Shown here one piece after another: positions 7,717 through 15,442 of a stretch of 32,000 nucleotides of DNA. This DNA is from Promethearchaeum syntrophicum (GTDB lineage Archaea; Asgardarchaeota; Lokiarchaeia; Sigyniarchaeales; Promethearchaeaceae), in contig NZ_CP042905.2 in the NCBI RefSeq assembly GCF_008000775.2, forward strand, positions 2,370,001 to 2,402,000, written 5' to 3'. The notes beneath the pieces were generated by a model that worked only from the letters and a program-made list of their open reading frames with translations, was not told the DNA's origin and ran no database searches. Numbering within the stretch: position 1 is the first letter of the stretch; the number at the start of each line of letters is the position of its first letter. The translations under genes were made by a program, and so were the position numbers.

Positions 7717-8491
7717 TTATAATTTCCTCTTCAGTAATCCCAACATCAGCTTTATTTTCGACGATATATCCACGATTTAAGAAATTCTTCAATTTTTTTG
7801 GCATTACCCAAGCTAAAAACTGCATAACCATTATTGTGGCGATCATTATCATTTGGATGTAAAATACATAATCGTGAAGAATTCTATTAGTTAAAATATC
7901 CAATAAATCAGGAAGACTGACAAACATTTCAAAAAATGCTGAATATATAACTAAGAGTAAACGTTTTTTAATCCAAGGTTGTACTTTTTTATCTTTAATT
8001 TGATGGAACGACTCCAATCCGGAATAAGCTAGCCATCCGAAGACTATTATTGCCCAAGTGATGGAAAAAGTATTATCCAAAATTTTCCCTGTGCGAGATA
8101 ATATAATATCATCATATTGATTTAGAAGAAGCAAAATCTTAGGAATAATAAGAATAATATAGTTAACTGTAGTAAAAATGACGATTGATTTAAAAGAACT
8201 TTTTTTATTCTCATGAAATGTGAATTTTGTAAAGAAATTCATTCCCATATATACTGCATACATGATAGTATAATCAATTAATTGGACTGCTAAATTAAAA
8301 CCCCAGACAATAAAAAAACAAATCATGAGTATATAAGAGATACCTAAAATGATCATTCCTTTATCCAATTTATCTTTTCCTCGTACAACTAAGAAAATAC
8401 CTGCTATTAATGATAGAATTGCGGCTGGGACTAAAATAATGATTTGGATAATTTGTTCTGTCATCAGAAGAATGAATGAAACTACTCTCAT
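7688..8491 (-). CDS. Seven-TM membrane protein (sensor/receptor-like N-terminal module)
   Basis: 267-aa ORF with seven hydrophobic helices by eye and a short charged tail, ...GITEEEIINQMLEGDQN*. The architecture recalls the 7-TM input modules of signalling proteins. I can name no diagnostic motif. Confidence 0.7.
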   Translation of the reverse strand: MRVVSFILLMTEQIIQIIILVPAAILSLIAGIFLVVRGKDKLDKGMIILGISYILMICFFIVWGFNLAVQLIDYTIMYAVYMGMNFFTKFTFHENKKSSFKSIVIFTTVNYIILIIPKILLLLNQYDDIILSRTGKILDNTFSITWAIIVFGWLAYSGLESFHQIKDKKVQPWIKKRLLLVIYSAFFEMFVSLPDLLDILTNRILHDYVFYIQMIMIATIMVMQFLAWVMPKKLKNFLNRGYIVENKADVGITEEEIINQMLEGDQN

Positions 8492-8743
8492 TTAAATATT
8501 CGTAAATTTGAATTTCTTCTTTTTCTTATGAAAAAATGGAAATATCAAAGATATCTGATAAAAATTTTGAGAGAAAACCATAAATGTGTCTTTTATTACG
8601 GATTTTTCTACGAAACCGTTATCGAAAAAAAGACTAAAATAAAGAGTAATTAAAAAATAATCCAAATTATAGACGAGCTTCCATATGTTCAATGTGGGGC
8701 TTGTATACAACAGTGTCCTCGGAATTTTCAAATTTTCGACCAA
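8492..8743 (-). CDS. Doubtful 83-aa ORF, in the same frame as and abutting the 7-TM gene (TAA then ATG)
   Basis: It has a TTG start and contains promoter-like AT-rich sequence. Still, 83 stop-free codons is long for this composition. A single TAA (8492-8494) separates it from the ATG at 8489-8491 in the same reading frame. Confidence 0.25.
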   Translation of the reverse strand: MVENLKIPRTLLYTSPTLNIWKLVYNLDYFLITLYFSLFFDNGFVEKSVIKDTFMVFSQNFYQISLIFPFFHKKKKKFKFTNI

Positions 8744-8903
8744 TTAGCTAAGGTAGTTCAAGTGATAGAAAAAACACAAGTTATCGGAAAAAACATTTAA
8801 TTTATCGGATTAAACTTTATATTCGTTCAATTTTACATTTTTTTTGTAGATAATTATATACAAAAATATGTTGTCAAAAAACTTCATTTAGGAAATCTCA
8901 ATT

Positions 8904-9842
8904 ATGGATCTATTCACACATTTACTAATTGGTGCGGTCATTTATTTCTCGGTTTTTGGTAAAATTATGACCGAATTTTTATTCATTGCATTACTTTTTG
9001 CTGTTTTACCAGACTTTGATATCATTTTGGCACCTCTTCGGCGTTGGATAAAATCAGATTACATGGAACACAGGGGAGGATCACATTCCTATCTAATTGG
9101 GATGTTGGTCTCTTCGTTAGTTAATGTAATCTATGCGCCTATTACTGGAAAAAATTTTATATTAGGATGGTTAATAGGTAGCATTTTCTATGCACTTCAT
9201 ATTTCATTGGATCTCCTCACAACTACAAAAATCCCTGTTTTTTATCCAATATCAAAGAAAGAACTAAGTTTCTATTCCGAAAAAGCAGGAAGTCTTTTTA
9301 CAATGATTGTTTCAATTGGTTTCTTTGCGATTCTCATTCCAATTTACAGAGCAGGGAATTTTCAATTATTCCGATATGTGTCTTATGGGATCACACTTTT
9401 CTTCGTAGTATATTATCTCTATCGAATTTTGCTTAAACTCAAAATATCAAAGAAATTAAATTTCAAACAGAAATATTTGCCCGGTTTTCTACCGATTTAC
9501 TATTTGATCTATGAATATAATATAACTGACAATCAAATCATGGTTAAATTGAATAAGAATTCCTTATTAACCAAAGCTCAACCTATTGTTGAATTTGAAA
9601 CAGCTTTTTCAGGAAATGAACTTAATTTGTATCAAAAAGCACTCCAGATGTGCAATGAAGATTATTATCGAAACAAGTGGACCAAATTTCCTATTATAAG
9701 TCGGGAGAATCATCATTTCTCCATCAAATTTTTCTTTCTTGAAACCATGATGAACGGAAAGACTATGAGCTTACTTTATAATTATGATATCAACAATGAA
9801 CTTTATGAAAAATCAATTCAGAGTTATGGGAAAATAGGATAA
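8904..9842 (+). CDS. Membrane-bound metal-dependent hydrolase, DUF457/YdjM-like, with a C-terminal extension
   Basis: 312 aa. The N-terminal MDLFTHLLIGA, LPDFDIIL and HRGGSHS motifs are typical of the YdjM/YbcI (DUF457) family. About 130 extra C-terminal residues are of unknown type. Confidence 0.75.
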   Translation: MDLFTHLLIGAVIYFSVFGKIMTEFLFIALLFAVLPDFDIILAPLRRWIKSDYMEHRGGSHSYLIGMLVSSLVNVIYAPITGKNFILGWLIGSIFYALHISLDLLTTTKIPVFYPISKKELSFYSEKAGSLFTMIVSIGFFAILIPIYRAGNFQLFRYVSYGITLFFVVYYLYRILLKLKISKKLNFKQKYLPGFLPIYYLIYEYNITDNQIMVKLNKNSLLTKAQPIVEFETAFSGNELNLYQKALQMCNEDYYRNKWTKFPIISRENHHFSIKFFFLETMMNGKTMSLLYNYDINNELYEKSIQSYGKIG

Positions 9843-9868
9843 GAAAAAAAGGAGAATTATAGATAGAA

Positions 9869-9877
9869 TTTTTTTTT
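9869..9877 (+). terminator. Oligo-T (T9) tract after the DUF457 gene
   Basis: T9 begins 27 nt after the stop at 9840-9842, in a convergent gap. Confidence 0.35.
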
Positions 9878-9880
9878 ATT

Positions 9881-10558
9881 TTAACTACTTGTTACTATTG
9901 GAATTGCATCAAGTAGTAATTCTGCTTCTCCGTGGAGTTCTAACAATTCTTTACGATGTTTGGATTTTCGAATTACTTTCTTTAGCAACTTTACTGCATC
10001 AGTATATTCGAAATCACGAAAATCTTTTCTCGCTTGTAGAAATTCCTCTGTGAGTTTTTTAAAGGTGCGCATTTTTAACACATCGGCTGAGACCTTGGTT
10101 GTTTTTCCTTTATAACAGATTGTAACTATGTTATTTTTAATAATTGGAGGTATTACAGGAAATTGACTAACAATTAAGGAAATAAAATGCCTTTTATAAT
10201 CTCGTTTGATTTCTCCCGTATCTCCAATATCTTTTTCTTTTTTTATTTTTTTAATAATAAGATCAATTGTGGATGTCATTATAATTGATCCCAGTAAACT
10301 GACTATAATTGCTACAAAAACATTTGAAATTTGGGATGTAATCAATATTAAGATAATTGCTTCTACTACATAAATTCCTACTTTTAGTAAAACTTGTTTT
10401 TGGTTTACCTTTTTTTGTTTAGCAATAAATTCTTCCAAATTCTGAATTGCCTCGATATTTAATTCTTGAATTTGATCAAGACGTGCTTTTTCTTCTGGAC
10501 TTAATTCCACAAGTTCAAGATTTTCATCAATATCTTTTTTATTCCTATTTGAATTCAT
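9881..10558 (-). CDS. Hypothetical bitopic/2-TM protein with coiled-coil N-terminus and helical C-terminal domain; translationally coupled to the surface protein gene
   Basis: 225 aa. Its ATG overlaps the upstream TGA as ATGA (10555-10558), and a strong AAGGAGGA lies 7-8 nt upstream inside the preceding gene. It has two hydrophobic helices (residues about 60-105). Confidence 0.65.
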   Translation of the reverse strand: MNSNRNKKDIDENLELVELSPEEKARLDQIQELNIEAIQNLEEFIAKQKKVNQKQVLLKVGIYVVEAIILILITSQISNVFVAIIVSLLGSIIMTSTIDLIIKKIKKEKDIGDTGEIKRDYKRHFISLIVSQFPVIPPIIKNNIVTICYKGKTTKVSADVLKMRTFKKLTEEFLQARKDFRDFEYTDAVKLLKKVIRKSKHRKELLELHGEAELLLDAIPIVTSS

Positions 10559-13425
10559 TTTAAATCCTCCTTCTCCTTATTAATTTCCTCTATTGGGGAA
10601 ATAAATTCTTCTTTTGTAATTTTTGCTTCTTCAGATAAATTTTCAAATTCAGCTTTATGAGCTTCTTGAGATATTTCATCCAAAGTTGAAATACATTTGT
10701 TTGTATCCCCTGTCCGATATAAACTGAAGGATGTTAAATATCCTAATGATAAAGAATAAAAACTATTCAGTATGATTAGCTCTGCTTCATCTCTAAATTT
10801 CAAGTATTTATCTACAACATTTAAGAGCATATCTCTCAAATTCTTCGGGAGATAATTCCAGAGTTTATCTAAAATGGTAACAACCCTTTGCCAATTAATC
10901 TGAGTGGAAATTGGAACTGTTTCTTCTAAAGTTATTGGTTCTTCTGATTTCTGTAAATCTCCGTCAGCTTCTTTATTAACATCACCTTTTCTATCACTTT
11001 TAACATCTGATTTTGTTTTCTTACCCAGTTTATCTCGTGTTTCTTTTAAAAATTCGACAATTTTATCAGAAGGTATAAAATTACTAGCAACAGCTCCCAA
11101 GGCAGTTCCGATAAATCCGCCTAATACAATAATCGGTGTAAAGAAAGGATTTGGTTCTTCTTCAGGGGGAATTTGAACAGTAACACTGATAATATCTGAT
11201 GGTTCACTAGATCCTGATGCATTATTTGCAACGATTACAAAATAATACGTTCCATTACTGAGACCAGTAACATTATAATAAGTCGTTTCTACAGTGTCTA
11301 ATAGATTCATTCCCTCTACAGATGAAATTGGAGTATTTTTATTTGTCATTTTTCCACTGGATTGAGGATTAGTGGAAGAATAATAAATACTATAATTTAC
11401 GGCTCCCTCAACAGCGAACCAGCTTAAGAGAAAATTACCATCATCATCTGTGGCATTAATTGGATCAATGATCGGAGTTAGAGGAGTGAAATTTTGTGGT
11501 AAAATTCTAACCTCAGTCCAAACACAATTAGAAGCATTACTTTCTACTGAGTTATTATATGCAGTTACAACGTAAAAATAAGTCCCGTTTGATAAACCAG
11601 AAATGTTATAACTAAAGTTTGGAGCAGTATCAAAAATTGATAGACGATCGATATTTGTTATAAAAGTGGATGAACTGTAAATATTGTATCCCGTCGCATT
11701 TTCTATTGAATCCCAATTTAGAGTAATATTGCCATCAGAATCAGTACTCTCTAAAGCTTGTAAGACAGGTGTTTGTAAAATTAAAGATGGTGAAGGATTC
11801 AGAGCTTCATCATATATTTCTTGCCAATAATCAAAAGTTAATGGTAAATAATCAGAAGCATTCCCGAAACTACTGGTGCCATTGTAAATCCGATCATATG
11901 GTGTATCATATATGCCATTAGTTGCAATCGCTCCTGGATAGTAAACTGAATAATTATTCCAATAATTACCGTAATCAGTGAAATTCCAATTATTCAAGTC
12001 TTGATTTGCATCATATGATATGTTATATAGAAAATTGCCATAAATCGAATTGAGCTCAGAATTTGAAATGTAAAAATCATATCCATCTGTGTTATTTACA
12101 ATATTCCAAGTGAAGATATTATTGTCCGCTGAACTTAAGTAAAATGACGATTTCCAATCGTTAAGACCTCCACAATAATTTAATAAATTCAATGAGATAT
12201 TTGCATAATCACACCATTGCATGTCAAATCCTTGATCACAATACTCGATTATATTTTCATAAATATTTATTAGATCTGTAAACGAAACAGATATTCCTGA
12301 GCTTGAAGAATTTGTAATAGTGTTATTGAAAATGTTTGTATCAACTGCATATCTACATCTTATACCTACATTGTTTAAGATAATTTCATTTTCGAAAATT
12401 GAAAGGTTCAAACAATCATCATTAAAAATTCCTGAATTATCATTATCTATTACAATATTTTCTCTTATAATTGAATGATTCGAATTTTCCAGCGCTATTC
12501 CATCATCAAGGTTTTTTGATACGTTATTATTTTTTAAATCTAAGAAAACAGAATCTTTCATAAAAATTGCATGAGGAGCACCATCAAAATCATAAGAATA
12601 ACTTAAACCATTATTTGAGATGAAATTTGATTCAAATGAAGAATTTTCAATATTTTTTCCATAAATTCCACGCATCCAATTACTTGATAAGTTATTATCA
12701 AAAACTGTTATATAATTAGATTCACTAGCATATAATCCAGTTCCAGTACTCATTTCACTCATTGCTTTATTTTCAGTCATATTATTCCCAGTAAAAATTG
12801 AATTATTTACATTTTTTAACTCAATTCCCGAGAAGAAATTTGTTGAAAAATGGGAATTAGAAATGTTGATAAAATCTGAATTTGTTATGGAAATACCTGA
12901 TCCTTCTCCTGTTATCCATGATTCTTCCATTCGTCCATTATAAGAACAATTTGAATTTGAAATTATAATATTGGAGACATTTTCCATGAAAATACCGTCT
13001 AATTCTGAATGATGAAATGAACAATTATTAATTTTAAAATTTTCTACAGAAGAAAGATTTAAATTTGTTATATTATAGCCCATTCCCAAATCCGCTCCAA
13101 AAATTTCCGTATTATTAAGTATTGCGAATTTTGTTGTATTTTGAATTAAAAGTCCACATTCATTTAATGAAGCATTTATTGGATCATAATATAACACATA
13201 TGGATCGTTTAGTGTGCCTGATCCTCCTCCCATAGTAGCAGCCGCAGCAGCTAATTCAGAATTCCCTACAATTTGGTGAATTGCTGAGGATTTTGGAGAA
13301 GGTTCATTTTCAATATTTAAATCTTGAAAATTGTTAGAATTAATTGATGAGAAGAAAGTTAAAACTATAATAAGAATTCCTAAAACCAAGTACAGATTCC
13401 TATTTTGTATCTTAATTTTTTTCAT
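10555..13425 (-). CDS. Large surface protein: signal/anchor, right-handed parallel beta-helix region, two FN3-like domains, TM helix, about 170-aa cytoplasmic tail
   Basis: 956 aa. Residues about 85-470 are Asn/Ser/Ile-rich ~22-residue repeats (for example ISNSNCSYNG, ITNSDFINISNSHFSTN, IENSSFESNFISNN) typical of PbH1/NosD-like beta-helices. Residues 552-750 form two FN3-like repeats. The TM helix is at residues 761-783 (FFTPIIVLGGFIGTALGAVASNF). I count about 38 N-x-S/T sequons by hand. Confidence 0.85.
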   Translation of the reverse strand: MKKIKIQNRNLYLVLGILIIVLTFFSSINSNNFQDLNIENEPSPKSSAIHQIVGNSELAAAAATMGGGSGTLNDPYVLYYDPINASLNECGLLIQNTTKFAILNNTEIFGADLGMGYNITNLNLSSVENFKINNCSFHHSELDGIFMENVSNIIISNSNCSYNGRMEESWITGEGSGISITNSDFINISNSHFSTNFFSGIELKNVNNSIFTGNNMTENKAMSEMSTGTGLYASESNYITVFDNNLSSNWMRGIYGKNIENSSFESNFISNNGLSYSYDFDGAPHAIFMKDSVFLDLKNNNVSKNLDDGIALENSNHSIIRENIVIDNDNSGIFNDDCLNLSIFENEIILNNVGIRCRYAVDTNIFNNTITNSSSSGISVSFTDLINIYENIIEYCDQGFDMQWCDYANISLNLLNYCGGLNDWKSSFYLSSADNNIFTWNIVNNTDGYDFYISNSELNSIYGNFLYNISYDANQDLNNWNFTDYGNYWNNYSVYYPGAIATNGIYDTPYDRIYNGTSSFGNASDYLPLTFDYWQEIYDEALNPSPSLILQTPVLQALESTDSDGNITLNWDSIENATGYNIYSSSTFITNIDRLSIFDTAPNFSYNISGLSNGTYFYVVTAYNNSVESNASNCVWTEVRILPQNFTPLTPIIDPINATDDDGNFLLSWFAVEGAVNYSIYYSSTNPQSSGKMTNKNTPISSVEGMNLLDTVETTYYNVTGLSNGTYYFVIVANNASGSSEPSDIISVTVQIPPEEEPNPFFTPIIVLGGFIGTALGAVASNFIPSDKIVEFLKETRDKLGKKTKSDVKSDRKGDVNKEADGDLQKSEEPITLEETVPISTQINWQRVVTILDKLWNYLPKNLRDMLLNVVDKYLKFRDEAELIILNSFYSLSLGYLTSFSLYRTGDTNKCISTLDEISQEAHKAEFENLSEEAKITKEEFISPIEEINKEKEDLK
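11176..11772 (-). repeat. Tandem internal duplication encoding two FN3-like domains
   Basis: LESTDSDGNITLNWDSIENATGYNIYSS...YNISGLSNGTYFYVVTAYNNSVESNASN aligns with INATDDDGNFLLSWFAVEGAVNYSIYYS...YNVTGLSNGTYYFVIVANNASGSSEPSD (residues 552-640 and 648-750). Confidence 0.6.
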
Positions 13426-13446
13426 AGAATTAATTTCGATTTTCGC

Positions 13447-13454
13447 TATATATA
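13447..13454 (-). promoter_or_regulatory. TATA-like box (TATATATA) centred about 26 nt upstream of the surface-protein ATG; leaderless geometry
   Basis: The minus strand reads GGATATATATAGCGAAAATCGAAATTAATTCTATG, with the ATG at 13425. Confidence 0.35.
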
Positions 13455-13485
13455 TCCTTCGGTGATGGGATGATGAAAGGAATAT

Positions 13486-13495
13486 AAAAAAAAAA
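13486..13495 (-). terminator. Oligo-T (T10 on the minus strand) closing the GRE operon
   Basis: An A10 run on the plus strand lies 8 nt beyond the minus-strand stop at 13503-13505. Confidence 0.45.
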
Positions 13496-13502
13496 CAAGA
13501 TT

Positions 13503-14405
13503 TTAATGATTAAAATTAAGTACTTTGGGCCTGGTTTTCAAGGTGGGATAAATTATACCTGGCAGAGGAGGCATACTATTATATACCTCATCAATTTCGA
13601 TAATTCCACACTTTACATTTCCAAATTTCTGTGTTCCGATAAAAGTTCCTTGGACAACTAAATTTATTAATTCGATTTCATCGGCAATCACTGCAAAAGT
13701 TGACACGTGGGCTCCAATCTTCAATTTTTCTAAATCTTCTTTAAAATGTGAATAAGTAAAAATTAATTTGCTTCTATCTGGTGCTCTTAATTGAAAGCAT
13801 GGAATAATTATAGGGTATCCATCATCAGGATCAATAATGCTGATAAATTTAGGATTAAAAGGATTGTTATATAAATCATATCCAAGTCGATGAAGTTTAT
13901 CTTCAGAGTTTGAATCATTGGCTTTACGTTTGGCAAAAAGATCTAAAATTAAACCCTTTGCGATTGGTAAAATTTTAAGATCCATTACTGGAGTGACACT
14001 TTCAACAGAATTATAGTAAGCTTTCTCCACATTCATATAAGTATTATAACGTAACATTTGTCCTCTTGAAAAATATTCGCAATCTTCTCCTCCTGTCATT
14101 CGATGAGTATAGATCATTTTTGCTTGAAGAAATTTATAAGGCATAACAGCATTCATGTAAAATGCGCCTTGCTTTGGGTTTTGTAATACATTACGTTTAC
14201 TTGTTCCTTTTGTAAATTCTCCCCATACTACTTGGTCGGGTGTTTTCGCTCTATTAAAAGAAATCATTGTAATATGAGGCCACCCCCGAGGATCAATAGT
14301 AGCGAGTAATTTTAACCCCACTTCCATTTCTGACAGTTCTATTCCTTCTTTAGAGAATTTTGAATTCCACACTTTTGCTTTTTTACTCATTTTCATCTTT
14401 TCCAT
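13503..14405 (-). CDS. Tandem split-barrel (PNPOx/FMN-binding-like) protein, third gene of the GRE operon
   Basis: 300 aa. Two halves each carry the pattern I associate with pyridoxamine-5'-phosphate-oxidase-like barrels: LLATIDPRGWPHITMISFNRAKTPDQVVWGEFTKGTSKRNVLQNPKQGAFYM and FISIIDPDDGYPIIIPCFQLRAPDRSKLIFTYSHFKEDLEKLKIGAHVSTFAV. It lies 43 nt downstream of the activase. Confidence 0.65.
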   Translation of the reverse strand: MEKMKMSKKAKVWNSKFSKEGIELSEMEVGLKLLATIDPRGWPHITMISFNRAKTPDQVVWGEFTKGTSKRNVLQNPKQGAFYMNAVMPYKFLQAKMIYTHRMTGGEDCEYFSRGQMLRYNTYMNVEKAYYNSVESVTPVMDLKILPIAKGLILDLFAKRKANDSNSEDKLHRLGYDLYNNPFNPKFISIIDPDDGYPIIIPCFQLRAPDRSKLIFTYSHFKEDLEKLKIGAHVSTFAVIADEIELINLVVQGTFIGTQKFGNVKCGIIEIDEVYNSMPPLPGIIYPTLKTRPKVLNFNH

Positions 14406-14448
14406 ATTTATATTTTTTCCTCATATATTGAACATAAAAAAAAATCCT

Positions 14449-15417
14449 TTATTTTCGAGTTAGACCTGTCCAACTAACATTTTTTACACCAGTTGATTCG
14501 GCAATTTGGAGAAATATCTCCATTTCTTTGGAGGTAAATAATTCAAGATTCTCACAAGGGTAAGGTAGATCCATTCGATGATATTTATCCTTCGCTAAAT
14601 TATTAAATGCTAAGAGATCCCATCGGTCAATTTTGTTTTCCAATTTTTCAAAAATAAACCTTCCAATTTCATGAATATTCTCATTTGATGCAGTGAATTC
14701 AGGAATAATCGGTGTTCTTACCCACATTTTTTTATTTGTTCTTTCAATTTTATTCAAGATCCAAAGTGCATTTTCCAAAATAATTTCATTAGATTGTCCC
14801 GTAAATTCCTTATGTTTAGAAGGGTCCATCTCCTTAAGATCATACAAAATTAGATCAACATAAGGGATAATTTTTTCAAGATTTTTCTTTGAAACAAATC
14901 CACAAGTATCTAATGCGGTGTGAAATCCTTTTTCTTTACATTTTTGAAGAAATTTCGAAACAAATTCTGCTTGAAGGGCAGATTCTCCCCCAGAAACTGT
15001 AATTCCTCCGTCTTTTGAGTTTAAATAATATGCAGCATCCTTTTCTACAATTCTAAGTAAATCATCTAAAGAAATTTCTTTACCTAATTTTCTAAGAGCA
15101 GTAGTTGGACAATTTTCAACGCACAATCCACATTGTGAACATAATTGGCGATTAATACTTATCCCATCATCTTTCAATTGAATTGCGGTATCAGGGCATA
15201 TTTTAACACATGTTCCACATCCAATACACCGAATAGAAAACCATTGTATTGAAGGTTCTGGAAAAAAGGATTCTGGATTATGACACCAAGCACATTTCAA
15301 ATTGCATTTTTTAAAAAAAACTGTAGTACGTAAACCTGGGCCATCTTCAGTTGACATCCTTTGAATTTCAAAAATATTTCCAGAGATAGATTTTGCCATT
15401 TTTAGAATTCTCTCCAA
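14449..15417 (-). CDS. Glycyl-radical enzyme activating enzyme (radical SAM, with two extra ferredoxin-type clusters)
   Basis: It has C38NLKC42AWC45HNPE (CxxxCxxC), GPGLRTTVFF, and CIGCGTCVKICP plus CSQCGLCVENCP. It lies 25 nt after the GRE gene. The likelier start is the ATG at 15399 (MAKSISG..., GGAGA 11 nt upstream) rather than the TTG at 15417. Confidence 0.9.
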   Translation of the reverse strand: MERILKMAKSISGNIFEIQRMSTEDGPGLRTTVFFKKCNLKCAWCHNPESFFPEPSIQWFSIRCIGCGTCVKICPDTAIQLKDDGISINRQLCSQCGLCVENCPTTALRKLGKEISLDDLLRIVEKDAAYYLNSKDGGITVSGGESALQAEFVSKFLQKCKEKGFHTALDTCGFVSKKNLEKIIPYVDLILYDLKEMDPSKHKEFTGQSNEIILENALWILNKIERTNKKMWVRTPIIPEFTASNENIHEIGRFIFEKLENKIDRWDLLAFNNLAKDKYHRMDLPYPCENLELFTSKEMEIFLQIAESTGVKNVSWTGLTRK

Positions 15418-15442
15418 TCATTATCTATTAATAGTTTAATTT

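Noticed and set aside
10904-11176. 90-aa plus-strand ORF
   Set aside because: It is antisense to the TM/tail-coding part of the 956-aa surface protein gene. It is Ser-rich mirror-frame sequence.
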